Source: Nitrospirota bacterium
GTDB taxonomy: Bacteria; Nitrospirota; UBA9217
Length of the DNA: 64,000 nt
Assembly (NCBI GenBank): GCA_963741205.1
Contig: CAVUHW010000030.1
Span: 95,428 to 159,427 of the forward strand
Direction: 5' to 3'
In this document: positions 21,891 to 33,613 of the stretch, one piece after another
How positions within the stretch are numbered: position 1 is the first letter of the stretch
Layout of the letters: the number at the start of each line of letters is the position of its first letter
Program-made: the position numbers and the translations under genes
The notes under the pieces: model-generated
What the model was told of the DNA's origin: nothing
Database searches by the model: none
The model's input: the letters and a program-made list of their open reading frames with translations, nothing else

Positions 21891-21980
21891 CCCACTCACC
21901 CCGGCCCTCTCACCCTCGGGAGAGGGGGTCCTTTGTTTCCTCTCCCCTCAGCGGAGAGATCAACGGTGAGGGGTGGTTTG
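21891..21980. repeat. CCCTCTCNNNNNGGGAGAGGG-type palindromic repeat (representative copy)
   Basis: Related copies at 15283-15310 and 53355-53387. Confidence 0.6.
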
Positions 21981-21988
21981 GAGACTTC

Positions 21989-22928
21989 ATGAAAAAAGAC
22001 TTGCTCGCCATTTCGGACCTCACGCCGAAAGACATCGACAACATTCTCAAACGCTCCGCCGCCTTGAAAAAAATGCGGCGCCAGGGCAAGGCCCACCCGA
22101 CCCTGAAGGGGAAGACGCTCGGCATGATCTTCGAGAAGTCCTCGACGAGGACGCGGGTGTCCTTCGAGGTCGGCATGTACCAGCTCGGGGGCCAGGCCCT
22201 CTTCCTGTCGTCCGCACGACCTCCAGATCGGCCGCGGAGAACCCGTCGCCGATACGGCGCGCACCCTCTCCCGGTACCTTGACGGGATCATGATCCGCAC
22301 CTTCGCCCAGTCCACGGTCGAGGAACTGGCGCGTCACGCGACGATTCCCGTGATCAACGGCCTGTCCGATCTCCACCACCCCTGTCAGGCCCTTGCGGAC
22401 CTCTTGACCATCCGGGAGAAAAAGGGGAAATTGAAGGGGCTGAAACTCGCCTACGTGGGCGACGGGAACAACGTGGCAAACTCCCTCATCGAAGCCTGCG
22501 TTAAAACGGGGATGCATATTTCCATCGCCTGCCCCCACGGCTACGAACCCGATGCCGGGGTGATGCGCGATGCCAAGCGCGAGGCCGCAAAGACCGGCTC
22601 GGAACTCAGTATCGTCAACGATCCGTTCAAGGCGGTGAAGGATGCCGACGCCGTTTACACCGACGTATGGGCGAGCATGGGCCAGGAGGCGGAACACGCC
22701 GTTCGCGTGAGGGCGTTCAAGGGATACCAGATCGACGCCAGGCTCATGAAAGCGGCCCGGCCCGGGGCGATCGCGATGCACTGCCTTCCGGCCCATCGCG
22801 GAGAGGAAATCTCCGCCGAGGTGATCGACGGGCCCCAGTCGGTCGTCTTCGACGAGGCCGAGAACCGACTGCATACGCAGAAGGCCGTGCTCGAACTGCT
22901 GATGAAGCAGGCAACGACCGTCCGATAA
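21989..22928 (+). CDS. argF: Ornithine carbamoyltransferase (one indel)
   Basis: [33 protein letters not shown]. Confidence 0.95.
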
Positions 22929-23238
22929 AGCCTCAGTTACGGGCGCTTCTTGCGAAAGCAGCATCCTTTAGAGTGCAAGATCATCGAGTCAGGATCCATT
23001 CCATGATGACGGCACGCAATCATGACGCCTCGAACAAGTCGGGACTGCTGCACGCGTAACTGCATTTCGACTCTGTTGTTTTGCGCCGCTTGACGGGTAA
23101 AATTGCAAGAGTAGATAAAGACAACTTGAAACTTGGGACAATAAATCTCAAATTACAATCTCACGCTGACAAGCCTCCTGAAATGTGCTATATATGACGC
23201 AGTTCTTCACTCGGCACTGTAATTTCGGAGGTGTGCGC

Positions 23239-23947
23239 ATGAAACCTTTCATCGGGATCACCATGAACCTGGAGGTCCAGCCCGCGAGGAACATCAACAT
23301 GCTGGACCAGGATTACGGGAACGCCGTTGTGAAAGCGGGCGGCATACCGGTGCCGATTCTCGGCATCGAAAGCTCCATCCCCGATCTGATCAGGCGTCTT
23401 GACGGGTTCATCTTTACCGGCGGCGACGACATCGACCCCCGGATCTACAAGGAGAAGCCGGTCGCCAACGCTCGCATGACGGTCTCTCCGGACGGGCGAA
23501 CCCGGTTCGAGATCGAGCTTTTCAAGGCGGCAGCCAAGGCAAACAAACCGCTCCTCGCCATCTGCTATGGCGCTCAGCTGGTGAACGTTGCGCTCGGCGG
23601 CAAGCTGTACCAGGACATCGAGCTGCAGGTCCCTCACCCGATAAAGCACGGCCCGGAACGGCCCGGTGAGAAGGTCTTTCACGAGGTCGATATCTTCGAA
23701 GGCACGATGCTCTCGCGCATCCTGGGCGCTTCCCGTATCCGCGTGCGGAGCTCGCACCACCAGAGCGTAAAAAACCCGGGCCGGGGGCTCCATCTCTCCG
23801 CCGTCGCGCCCGACCGCGTGATCGAAGCCCTTGAACCGCAGGACAAACCAATTTTTGATCGCAGTCCAATGGCATCCGGAAAAAACACCCAATGATCGAT
23901 ACTCCAAGAAGCTCTTCGAAGCGCTCATTTCCTCCGCGAAAAAATAG
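23239..23947 (+). CDS. Peptidase C26 / gamma-glutamyl-GABA hydrolase-like glutamine amidotransferase (one indel)
   Basis: TGGDDIDP, LAICYGAQ, SSHHQSV, AVQWHPE. Confidence 0.88.
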
Positions 23948-23982
23948 CCTGCCGGGAGGGAGCCGGGAAACGTCCATCGCAC

Positions 23983-25552
23983 TTGCTCTTCCTCCTCACG
24001 TCCCTGTTCCTGGCCGCTGTTCTCGGCTGTCACAGATCCGATGAAGGACGACTCCCCGGCTACCTCTACCTCAGGCTGAACAATAATCCAACCACCCTTG
24101 ACCCGGCGCTCATAACCGACGTCCAGGGGGGCGGCATCGCGGCGAAGCTTTTCAACGGTCTGGTCCGTTTCAATGAAAACCTCGACATCGTACCCGACAT
24201 CGCCCGTTCGTGGCAGTTGTCCGAGGACCAAAGGACCTACACGTTCCGGCTCCGCTTCGATGTCTCATTCAGCAACGGACGGAAGATAACGGCCAGGGAC
24301 GTCAAATACTCCTTCGAACGCGTACTCATCCCGCAGACCAAGGCGCCCCTTACCTGGGTCCTCGACAAAATCGAAGGGGCGAACGACGTCATCGCAGGGA
24401 AAACCACGGACCTTGCAGGCGTGCGCGTGGTAAACGATCATACCCTGGCCATCAAGCTCGAGAAGCCTTTCGGGCCGTTCCTGTCTCTTCTTGCCATGAC
24501 CACGGCCTATGTCGTTCCCCGGGAAGACGTCCAGCGCCTCGGTCAGGATTTCGGCATCGAAACCCGTGGGGAGCGGTCCGTACACCTTGCATGAATGGAA
24601 GCATGGACAGCACGTGGTCCTCGCCGCGCGCGAAGACTACTTCGAGGGACGGCCGAAGCTCAACGGCATTTACTACCGCATCATACCGGAAGACCTTACG
24701 GCGGTGATGGAATTCGAGACAGGCCGGCTCGACATACTCCTTATCCCCTCTTCCGAGTACCGGCGCTATACCACGGATCCCGCCTGGCGCGACCTCGTTT
24801 ATGGAAAACCGGGGCTGAACAGCTATTATCTGGGCCTCAACTGTACGCGTCCGCCCTTCAACGACCTCCGGGTCCGGCAGGCTGTCAATTACGCCATAGA
24901 CCGGCAGCACATCCTGAATACGGTCTTTGAAAAACGCGGTGTTCTGGCTGCCGGGCCCGTCCCGCCGGGCCTGTGGAAGCACAGCATCATACCCCAGGCG
25001 CTGAAAGGGTACCGCTACGATCCGGGCAAGGCGAAAGAACTGATCCATCAGGCCGGTGCTGATGGCGCGACCATAAACATATACATTTCAGCCGATCCCG
25101 AGGTCCTTGATATTGTCGAAGTCATCCAGGGCTACCTTGCTGCGGTGGGGATAAAGGCGAAAATTACGCAACTAGACTGGAGCGCCTTCAAGCAGGCGGT
25201 AAATGAAGGCGAGCCCGAGGCGTTCTGGCTTTCCTGGTGGGCGGATTATCCGGACCCGGAAAACTTTCTCTTCCCCCTGTTCCATTCGGCGAGCGCCGGC
25301 TCTGCCGGGAACCGGACGAGGTGCCTTGATCCGGAACTTGACCATCTGATCGAGAAGGCCGAGCATACCATGGATGAACGGCAGCGGTACCGCCTTTACC
25401 GGCAAGCCGAGGACCGCATCATCCAGGATGCTCCATGGGTATTCATGTGGCACCGGGCGGACTACTACGTGATCCAGCCCTGGGTAAAGGACTTCAAGAT
25501 CTATCCCCTCTATTCCATCGACAAGAGGGTCGATATCACGGTACAACGGTAA
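23983..25552 (+). CDS. Family-5 (peptide/nickel) ABC substrate-binding lipoprotein (one indel; start uncertain)
   Basis: LGC lipobox-like motif, PTTLDPA, VGSGPY, RVRQAVNYAIDR, WWADYPDPENFL. Confidence 0.9.
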
Positions 25553-25558
25553 AAATAA

Positions 25559-25583
25559 AGCCGCCCCGCTTCGCGGGACGGCT
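25559..25583. terminator. Hairpin between convergent genes
   Basis: AGCCG-CCCCGC-TTCG-CGGG-ACGGCT with A-rich 5' flank. Confidence 0.55.
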
Positions 25584-25633
25584 GTCAGTCATCTGAACTC
25601 TGTACTTTGAACTCTGATCTTATTTGAATAAAC

Positions 25634-26020
25634 CTACCCTTTCCAGACACGGGCGGCATTCTTAACCTTCGTCGACATCTCGACCGTAAATTCCTTGATC
25701 CCGTGGGCCTCGCGCGCGTGCACGGCCATCCCGTCGGCGATGAGTTCCTCGGTCTGGGCGATGTACCTGAAGCCGCAGTTTACACCAAGGTCCTTGCACG
25801 TTACTTCTTTGAGCACCGGCGCGTCTTTTTCCGGCATCGAAACTTGAGGCGCCTTGCTGAAGGCCTGCTTGATGTTGCCCACCATCTCTTGCGTCAACGC
25901 CGGTACGTTGTGCACGTCCCGCAGATGGATCGCCACCATGTCCGTCAACAGCTCCTCGGTCTTCGCAATATGCTTCCACCCGCACTTGTATCCCAGACTT
26001 TTGCACGTGAACTCTCTCAT
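25634..26020 (-). CDS. Tandem DUF1059-domain protein
   Basis: Two repeats of C(K)xLGxxCxx...A.TEE...HxRxxH; SD GGGAGGTG. Confidence 0.8.
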   Translation of the reverse strand: MREFTCKSLGYKCGWKHIAKTEELLTDMVAIHLRDVHNVPALTQEMVGNIKQAFSKAPQVSMPEKDAPVLKEVTCKDLGVNCGFRYIAQTEELIADGMAVHAREAHGIKEFTVEMSTKVKNAARVWKG

Positions 26021-26118
26021 GATGCACCTCCCTTTGATCATTTAGTATTAAGTCTTTAGGACTCTTTCATAAGTATACCACGGGAATATTTGCGAAGGAA
26101 TAAAGATGCACAGATTGC

Positions 26119-27765
26119 ATGAACTACCCGCCACTGAACCAATTACATGGTTGCAGTGGGGGTTTCACGGATCATAGAAGCGTGCAGCCCTGGGTAGTTC
26201 CCAAGTCGTGTCTTATCTGCTTCTCCCCGTGCGTAACTTCGGCCGGTTCCCGGCCTAGTGTTTCCTTCTTCCTTAGCCGCATGGCGCGCTTGTGATACTT
26301 TACGGTAATTTCGCCGGACACAAGCATTTCTATGCCGCGCTTCTTAATAACGAGAGACGCATTGGTATCGGCGTTTTCCGTAAAGCCACAGCTCTGGCAA
26401 TCGAACACGCCTGTGACTGGCGATTGTCGGGTGAGTGTGCGAACACTTCGAACACTCCTGTGAGGTGCCGTGCGGCGGTATGGCGATAACGAGCTTGTTG
26501 CGTCGCGAGGCTTTGTACGTCGTAAAGAGTTTTACCTTGCCCCACGCTGATTCGAGTATGGACTTGTTGAGACCGGCCTTGGCCTTTACCCCGTTCGCCA
26601 TATACGTCCCGCCGGCTGACTTCTTAGGTTTTGGCGCTCTGGTCATGTTCTTGACCTTGAGGTCCTCGAAGACGAACACCTCTGCGGGTGAATCCACGAG
26701 CTTGCGGCTGGCCTTATGCGCGAAATCATGCCTCACATTGGCAGCATACAGCCTGGCACCGGGCTGATTTCGCAACTGATTGCCTAAAGCGGCCGGATCC
26801 TTTGATCCGCCTCGCCAATTGTCTCTGATATCTCTTCTTCCGGGCATCCTTTTTTAACAGTCGCTCTTTTTGGATGCTGGAGAAGTCATGCACCGAGCCG
26901 TCGCTCATTGCCAGCGGGATTTTCACCCCTCGGTCCATTCCCAGGGCAACGATATTGAGACTCTCTGATGACATGCAGCCGTAAAGCTCGAGAAGTTCCT
27001 GCTCGCTCATAACTGTGCCTTGCTTCTCATAGGAGAAGGAGACAGACCATTTCCCGGACTCCCGGGAAATGGTGATGGCCGCAGGAACCCCGTACTCGTC
27101 GTGAGCCTTGAACTTAAGCTCGCCCAGATCGACCGACTTTATGCCAAGCATCAGCCGGTGCTCATATATTGTTTTGTCTTGCCGCTGTTTTGAGCCTCCA
27201 GTAGGGACGAACCTGAATAGCTCGCTGGTAATCCAGACGGACTGCTGTCCCGCCTTCTTTTTATAAGCAGGGCGACCAGCCAGCCCTGTCAGGTACCTCT
27301 TGTAGGCGCCCATGAACCTGGTTGCGCCATTCCTTAGGATCTGAGACGGCACATCGTTCAGAAACGGGGTGAGTTTCTTGTCCTTGAACTGGGCATACTG
27401 CTGATCAATCGGCGGCTGTAGTCCGGTCAGCGACAGCGAGTGGTTTCGGAATGTTCGGAAATAACGCTCTTCGGCAACCTTGGCGTTGTAGATAAACCGC
27501 TGGCAGCCCATCCACTGCGCGAGAATATCGGACTGCTCCGTTGTCGGGTAGCAACGGAATTTTATGCCGCTTGAAAACGCCATATTTCTAATATAGGTGA
27601 GGCTGCATGAAAGCGCAACTAAATAAAACGTTGCCGCCCTCAGCCTATATTGTGAGGCTAAATATCGTTTTTAGTAGCACAAGCATGGCACAAATCCACG
27701 GCCAAATCAGTCCGCTTGACTCCCTCTTGGCGCTTCGCCCCTAGCAGGGGGAATGCGCGGACTTT
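26119..27765 (-). mobile_element. tnpB-only IS200/IS605-family element (no tnpA)
   Basis: Right-end hairpin CCCCACTGCAACC...GGTTCAGTGGCGGG ending GTAGTTCAT; left-end hairpin candidate 27709-27763 (AGTCCGC/GCGGACT); left boundary approximate. Confidence 0.75.
26172..27583 (-). CDS. tnpB: TnpB RNA-guided endonuclease (indels)
   Basis: KFRCYPT...GCQRFIYN HTH; RuvC GMDRG, FEDL, NADTNAS; zinc finger CSKC/CQSC. Confidence 0.92.
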
Positions 27766-28100
27766 ATTAAAAGAGAAAGAGAGAGAAAAGGAAGAAAAGG
27801 AAAAGGTGACGCACAGAAGCGGTTGCGGCATGACTGGGCCAGTACGAAGTTGAATATGTACGAGATTACCTGAGCATCCACAACAATGCCAGTGGCTACT
27901 GTCACGCTCCAACCAAAACCTGTACAGTTACTGTCACACCGACCCTACAGTAATAATCCGATGGGTCTTCGATAACGGATTATCCCACATAAGCATAAAT
28001 ATTAATACCTCCCCTTAAGCCTGCCACTTGGGATTCAACAATGTACTCGCTATATAAGGATATTAAATTCATAGGGGTGATATACGCGATTGGAATCAAG

Positions 28101-28140
28101 CGATGAGGCGTGATATCACACGATGTGGCGTGATATCACA
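28101..28140. repeat. Tandem 20-bp repeat containing GTGATATCAC palindrome
   Basis: CGATGAGGCGTGATATCACA CGATGTGGCGTGATATCACA. Confidence 0.8.
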
Positions 28141-28534
28141 CCATAAACGGGCTGTTGAAAACATTGTTAAGATTATGTGCAGAGCTGTCGAAATAGACAG
28201 ATAGAGCGGAAGTGGTGTTATCTGGCGTGCTGATGTAGGTGTGGTAGGAGGTGAAAGGAAACAGGCGAGATAGGAATCATCCTGTGTGAAATCGTATGAA
28301 CGTCAAAAACAAGAAACTACCACAGGCGCAGTAGACTTGCAATCAGGGAATCCCTGATTTTTGGCTTCGTTTTTCCTGACCCGCAAAAGGTACGGCAAGG
28401 TTTTTCAGAGTGATGGAGTTTGCAGAAAAATTCATTCTCTACCTTACTCAGGAAATGGCAGGAACACGTAAAAAATAAGATGGGCTGAAGATTATGAAGG
28501 AGAGATATCGATATGAGTCAAGCGGAGGCAAAAC

Positions 28535-28568
28535 AAAACGCCGGTCCTGACTGATGACCGGCGTTTTG
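28535..28568. terminator. Bidirectional terminator after resC
   Basis: AAAACGCCGGTC-loop-GACCGGCGTTTT. Confidence 0.8.
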
Positions 28569-28607
28569 TAAATGCTGACTGCGAAATTCCTTCAGGATGG
28601 GTTTCGT

Positions 28608-29853
28608 TTAATTCATCCCTCCATAAGAGTGGAGCCCGGAAAGCACCAGGTTCACCCCCAGGTAGGTGAAGATGACGGCGAGGAAACCGACCGAGGAGAT
28701 GACGGCCATCTGGGCGCCTTTCCAGCCCCTGACATACCTCGCATGGAGATAGATGGCATAGACGAACCATGTAATCAGCGACCACGTCTCTTTCGGGTCC
28801 CAGCCCCAGTAAGTGCCCCAGGCGCTGTTCGCCCAGACGGCCCCGGTGATGATGCCGCCGGTGAGGAGCGGCCATCCGATGGCGATCATGCGGTAGGTTA
28901 CATCGTCGAGCTGGTCCTGCGCGGGGACGTACTGCTTGAGAAGGTTCCTGAGGCCCAGCCCTTTGGACCAGATGAAATAAAATATCGCGAGGACCGCGGC
29001 CCAACTGATGACGGCAACGACGGCGGATGAATTCAAAAACGTTGACTCGAACATGTGTTTCTTGAACGACTCCCCGGCCTCAAGATGCTTGAGCGAAATC
29101 AGGTAGACGAAATCGATGCCCATGGCGACGAGCATCACGACCGCCAGGGTGACGCAGAACGACCAGAAGAGATACACCTGCGACTTGTTCCGCGCTCCCG
29201 CCACGATGAGGTAGATGAACCAGGCCAGCGTCAGAACGCCAATCCCCAGCCAGAAGGCGGTCTTCATACGCGGAGCCCTGGCCTGCCATGAAATAGCCGA
29301 CCGCCGCCAAAACGACCATCACCCCCAGGCCGAAGAAAAGATTCATCGCGGGTCCCTTGTCGTCGATGTCCATGAGCAGGTAAATCATGCTGATGGCGAA
29401 GGCGACGCCGAAAGCGGCGTAGCCAAGGAAACTGATCAAGACGTGGTAGAATAGCCAATTGCTCTTTAAGGCCGGGACCAGCGGTGTAATGTCGGCGCTG
29501 ATGCCCGCGACATTGATAAAGGCGAGCGCGAGGAAGGCCACGGGGATCACAAAAGCGCCGAAGGCCTTCGTCTTGTACTTGAACTCAACGATAAGATAGA
29601 TCAGGACGGTGCTCCAGGTGAAAAAAACCAGCGATTCGTAAAGATTGGACAGCGGCACCCGGCCGATGTCCATCTGGTACGACTCGCGCCACCGGAGCAG
29701 CAGGGCCGCAGTCTGCACCAGGAACCCGGCTGCGGTCACGATCGTGGCGGTCTGGCCGATCCCGTTCTTACGGAATGCGAGATAGCTGATATACAATACC
29801 ATCGCGACCAGATAAGCCAAGGTTGCTATGTTAAAGAGCATGGGACTGTTCAT
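28608..29853 (-). CDS. resC: System II cytochrome c biogenesis heme transporter/lyase CcsA/ResC (one indel)
   Basis: [50 protein letters not shown]. Confidence 0.93.
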
Positions 29854-30073
29854 TGAAGCCTCCTGAGTGACTTAAAACAAGCACCAAATTAGTACGATAA
29901 CGGACTCTTGCAACCGCGCCCTTTATCCGTCATTCCGGCATGCATTAAGCCGGAATCCAGGGAATTAAATTCGCATTTTTTTGGAAAACCTGGATTCCCG
30001 ATAGAGGCATTCGGGAATGACGAATAATTCGCTTGTCGTATTAGTCGTATTATATGTAATTCTGAACTTTCCC

Positions 30074-31586
30074 CTACTTCGAAATTTCTTCCACGATCCT
30101 GTTGAACTCCCGCTCGAAGCCGATGCGGTTCCGGTTGGCTGAGCCCGCCACCTGAATGACTATACGGCCCTTGCGTTCCTGGATGCGCACCCAGAGTTTT
30201 CTGTGGGACCCGAAAAAGGCGATGAGCGGCCCGATGCAGAGCATGATAAAACCCGTATAGACGACCCAGACGCCCGGGTCCTTGGTGACCTGAAGGCCGG
30301 TATAGCGGGTCCCATGGTAGCCGCGGAAAGCTGATGACGTAGTCCTCCGGCATGAGGGGTTTTCCGGGGTCCGTTTTCAGGACAACGGTCTGATAGGCGA
30401 GTTTCTTGCCCTGATACACCTCGAGCGCGGCCGCGGGGTTCACATACTCCTCGTTGTCCGCGCGGAAAAACTGCACCTCGCCCGTGGAGGGGTTCCGCAG
30501 GGCGTAAGGAGCGAAGCCGGACGCTTTGATTGTCCTATCGATGGAAGGAACATACAGGGAGGCGCCCAGTTCGATGGCGACCGTTTCCCCCGCCGACTGG
30601 AGGTCGCTCTTTTTTCGTATGTTCAGGATGACCTGTCCGCGAGCGTCGGGCATGGGCCCGTAACTCGACTGGTAAAAGGTGATGCCGTGGTGTGTGAGCG
30701 GGTCGTTGACGCGGATGCGTTTGTCGAGGATTTTCCGGCCGTTCATGTCGAAGACACTCAGGGTGCTGTGGTATTCCGACGGCATGCCGGTCGGCATCCC
30801 CGAAGGACCGATATAATAATCGACATCGAAGTCGTCGCAGCGGACGAAATACCCTAGCGGCATGGCCGGCACGCCGCCTTGCTGGCCCGGGATGACGGGG
30901 CTTTCCGCGATGCCGAGCGAACTCATGATCTGGTCCCAGAGGGGTTCGTTTCTGAGATAGACGAACTTGGACGCCTGGCCTTCGGGCAGATTCAAGAACG
31001 CCTTGAACCCGAAGAAAGAACCGATGAGCGCTCCCACAAAAATGAGGATGATGCTGACATGGGTGATATAGACGCCCAGGCGGCTGTAAACGCCCTTCTG
31101 GGTCATGAGCTGCGGGCCGCCCGCGCCCTGGGACTTTACAAAACGGAACCCCCGCGCCTTGAGCACGTTTGATGAGCGCTCCTCGGCCTTGATGATATCT
31201 CCCTCAAAGCCGATCTCCTTCTTGTACGGCACTGCCCTGAGGCTATCGTCGTCAATGGGCTTGAGCGGCGCTGTCATGATCCTGAGCGTATGGGGCAGGC
31301 GGTCGAGGGTGCAGACCGTGAGGTTCGCCGTGAAGAGGAAAAGCAGCATTACAAACCACCAGGTGTGATACATGTCGAAAAAGCCGAGCATGTCGAAGAA
31401 CTGCACCGTGGACTGGCTGTACTCCCTCAGATAGTGCTCCGGGGATTCGTTCTGCTGGATCACCGTGCCGATGACCGATACGATCGCGAGGATGATCAAG
31501 AGCACGACTGCGAGCTTTACGGAAGTAAAGAATTTCCAGACCTTGTCTGCGACAATTTCGACGATGCCTTTTTGATTTTCCAACAC
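30074..31586 (-). CDS. resB: System II cytochrome c biogenesis protein ResB/CcsB (one indel)
   Basis: FFTSVKLAV, DMYHTWWF, GVYITHVS, IRVNDPL...FYQSSYG, rejoined TGLQVTKDPG. Confidence 0.92.
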
Positions 31587-31612
31587 GACCTCCCGGTCCG
31601 AAACAGTTTAAT

Positions 31613-31641
31613 AAATTAACACAATGACTATCGGGTGTCAA
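31613..31641 (-). promoter_or_regulatory. Sigma70-like promoter of resB-resC
   Basis: TTGACA-17-TAATTT. Confidence 0.5.
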
Positions 31642-31654
31642 GGAGTTTGCCATG

Positions 31655-33264
31655 CCCTAGAACAGCGATAGAAATTTCGATACGCTCGCAAAGGGCGGAA
31701 CAGGCTTTTTAAAAAGCTGCCACTTGCAGGATCAGCAAAGATACTCATAACCGCCTCAGCCAGCGAAGCGCATTTTGCTGGCGTGCGCATCCGGTTTAGG
31801 ACGTACCTGTCCTTTCTCGCTTAGCTGATTCGTTTTGATTTGGCAACAGCCTTACATCGCTGTGTTCTCTCTATAGCAACGCTGCCGGATATCTGAAAGA
31901 GGATGAGCTTCTCCGTATCTACGGCAAGCCTCAGAATCACTTGCCCGCATGTCGCACAATCCGCCCGGCTGTCTGGATCAACTTCATCGGAAGGTGGAGA
32001 TCGTATGGTGTGCCCAGGCTGAAGGGCCGGCGAGACGCTTGAACCGATAAAAAGATTGTACGCGATTACGCCGATGCGGAAGTAAACCGCATTGGCGAAG
32101 CCTGGCCGCAGGGCATCTGGTCCTGCCCAAAGCCGCCCTTCAGTTCCTTGTTGAAGTTTCCGCCTGCCCACGCTGATTGTGCCAGGAGCACTGCCTGGGT
32201 ATCTTTTTGTTCCTCCGGCCAGTTCGTGGCCACCACATGATAGTGAAACTTCCCTCGGCTGCGTCGAACAGATTGGCCTGACGCCGAAGTTCACGCTTGC
32301 ACACCAGCCGGAAGGACGTTTTTGTCTTATTCATGCTGTGGACGGCCTCGGCAAGCTCATAGCCGCAGCCACGTAGGGGCTCCTCCATGCATCTTCAGGG
32401 ATGCCGCGAACTATCGCTTTGATCGCAGAATCCAGATCCGTGGTAATCGTCCAGAGCACGCGTCTTCTTCCAGCTCATTGATCACTCGGCCTGATAGGAG
32501 GCGCTGTCGGCCGATACCGCCCTATGCGCTTGCCTGGGGCATGTGTTCTTTGCACTGGCGGTAAAAGGGCACCTGTTTGAGCCCGGCGATTCATTCCCTC
32601 GCGAAACTCGTCTACGAGGCATATCCCGTCTCGAACAGGAACCCGAGCATCGGCATATAGCCCTTTACTCCCTGATACGTAAACTGAGCGTCCGCTTTTC
32701 TCCCTCCACTTGAGTTGCGTCAACGTCGAGGGTGTAGTCCGTTCTTCTGTCCCGGCGTAGTATCCGGTGAGTAATGTATCCCGGACGACTCCGAGTCCTG
32801 TAAGGCTGGCTTGATTGTCCGGGGGTCTCCCATGCGCCTAAGCCAGTCGCCAATCGTGTCGGGATCGGGAATCTCTTCCCTTCCGATCAGCTTCAAGAGA
32901 GGCGATTCCTGGCGTAACTCGCGCACATCTTCAATGCGTCGGCCTCCCGCTTGGAGCATGAGGACCAGACTGTCCACAAACGCCGAGGGGATATACCCCC
33001 GGTTGCTCCCCGGGCCGGGCAAATAACGGTCCGACAGCTCCCGTAACCCGATCCCGTGATTGTATTCCGCAAGGAGGGCCAAGCCCCCGTGAGACGTCAA
33101 CTACTCGTCTGTTTTTTCTATCTTGAATCCGAAGACTGTTTGTCGTATCATCATCTCACCTTGTCGGTTAAAGGATTTGCTTGGTCGCAATCTCTTTATA
33201 CCCGCTCTTAGAGCGGCCGAAAGGTTTTTTATTGCCTATGGATAATTTCTATCGCTGTTATGGG
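31655..33264 (-). mobile_element. IS1380-family insertion sequence with fragmented transposase
   Basis: Inverted ends CCC..AACAGCGATAGAAATT; 5-bp target duplication CCATG (31650-31654 and 33265-33269); transposase fragments TSHGGLALL, PDPDTIGDWLRR, TLDVDAT, NQRGQAE, AYNL. Confidence 0.88.
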
Positions 33265-33362
33265 CCATGCATTGAGAACTTCACTGCTCAAGACAGGCAA
33301 AGACGGGTGGCTGAGGAGGAACGGGGTCGATGGGGCGCAGGCAGGGGCGCGCGGCAGGGTCC

Positions 33363-33584
33363 TTAATCCTCGTCCAAGAGCTTGTAGCCGAGTTTCTCGA
33401 CGCTGTCGCGAGACAGCAGCCGGACCTTCTCTTCAGTTATCTTCGAACCGTCAAAGGTGATGTCGATGGTTCCGTTCCCCACATCGACGGACTCGATGCC
33501 GTCCAGGTTCCCGATAAACCGCCTGAGGGCGAGTGAGCACTCTGCGCAGAATTGTTTTTGAACGGAAAGGGATACTTTCCCCAT
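33363..33584 (-). CDS. Heavy-metal-associated (HMA-like) small protein
   Basis: FCAECSLAL...LDGIESVDV...EKLGYK. Confidence 0.75.
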   Translation of the reverse strand: MGKVSLSVQKQFCAECSLALRRFIGNLDGIESVDVGNGTIDITFDGSKITEEKVRLLSRDSVEKLGYKLLDED

Positions 33585-33613
33585 GGCCGGGCCCTCTTCC
33601 TTTGCAGTTGACG

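Noticed and set aside
27658-27912. tnpA (Y1 transposase) partner of tnpB
   Set aside because: The ORF lacks HUH and catalytic Tyr motifs and crosses the predicted left end and a low-complexity tract.
28101-28140. CRISPR array
   Set aside because: Only two adjacent 20-bp units, no spacers, and no cas genes.
33305-33360. G-quadruplex-like G-tracts downstream of the HMA gene
   Set aside because: Long irregular loops in a GC-rich genome; not distinguishable from chance.
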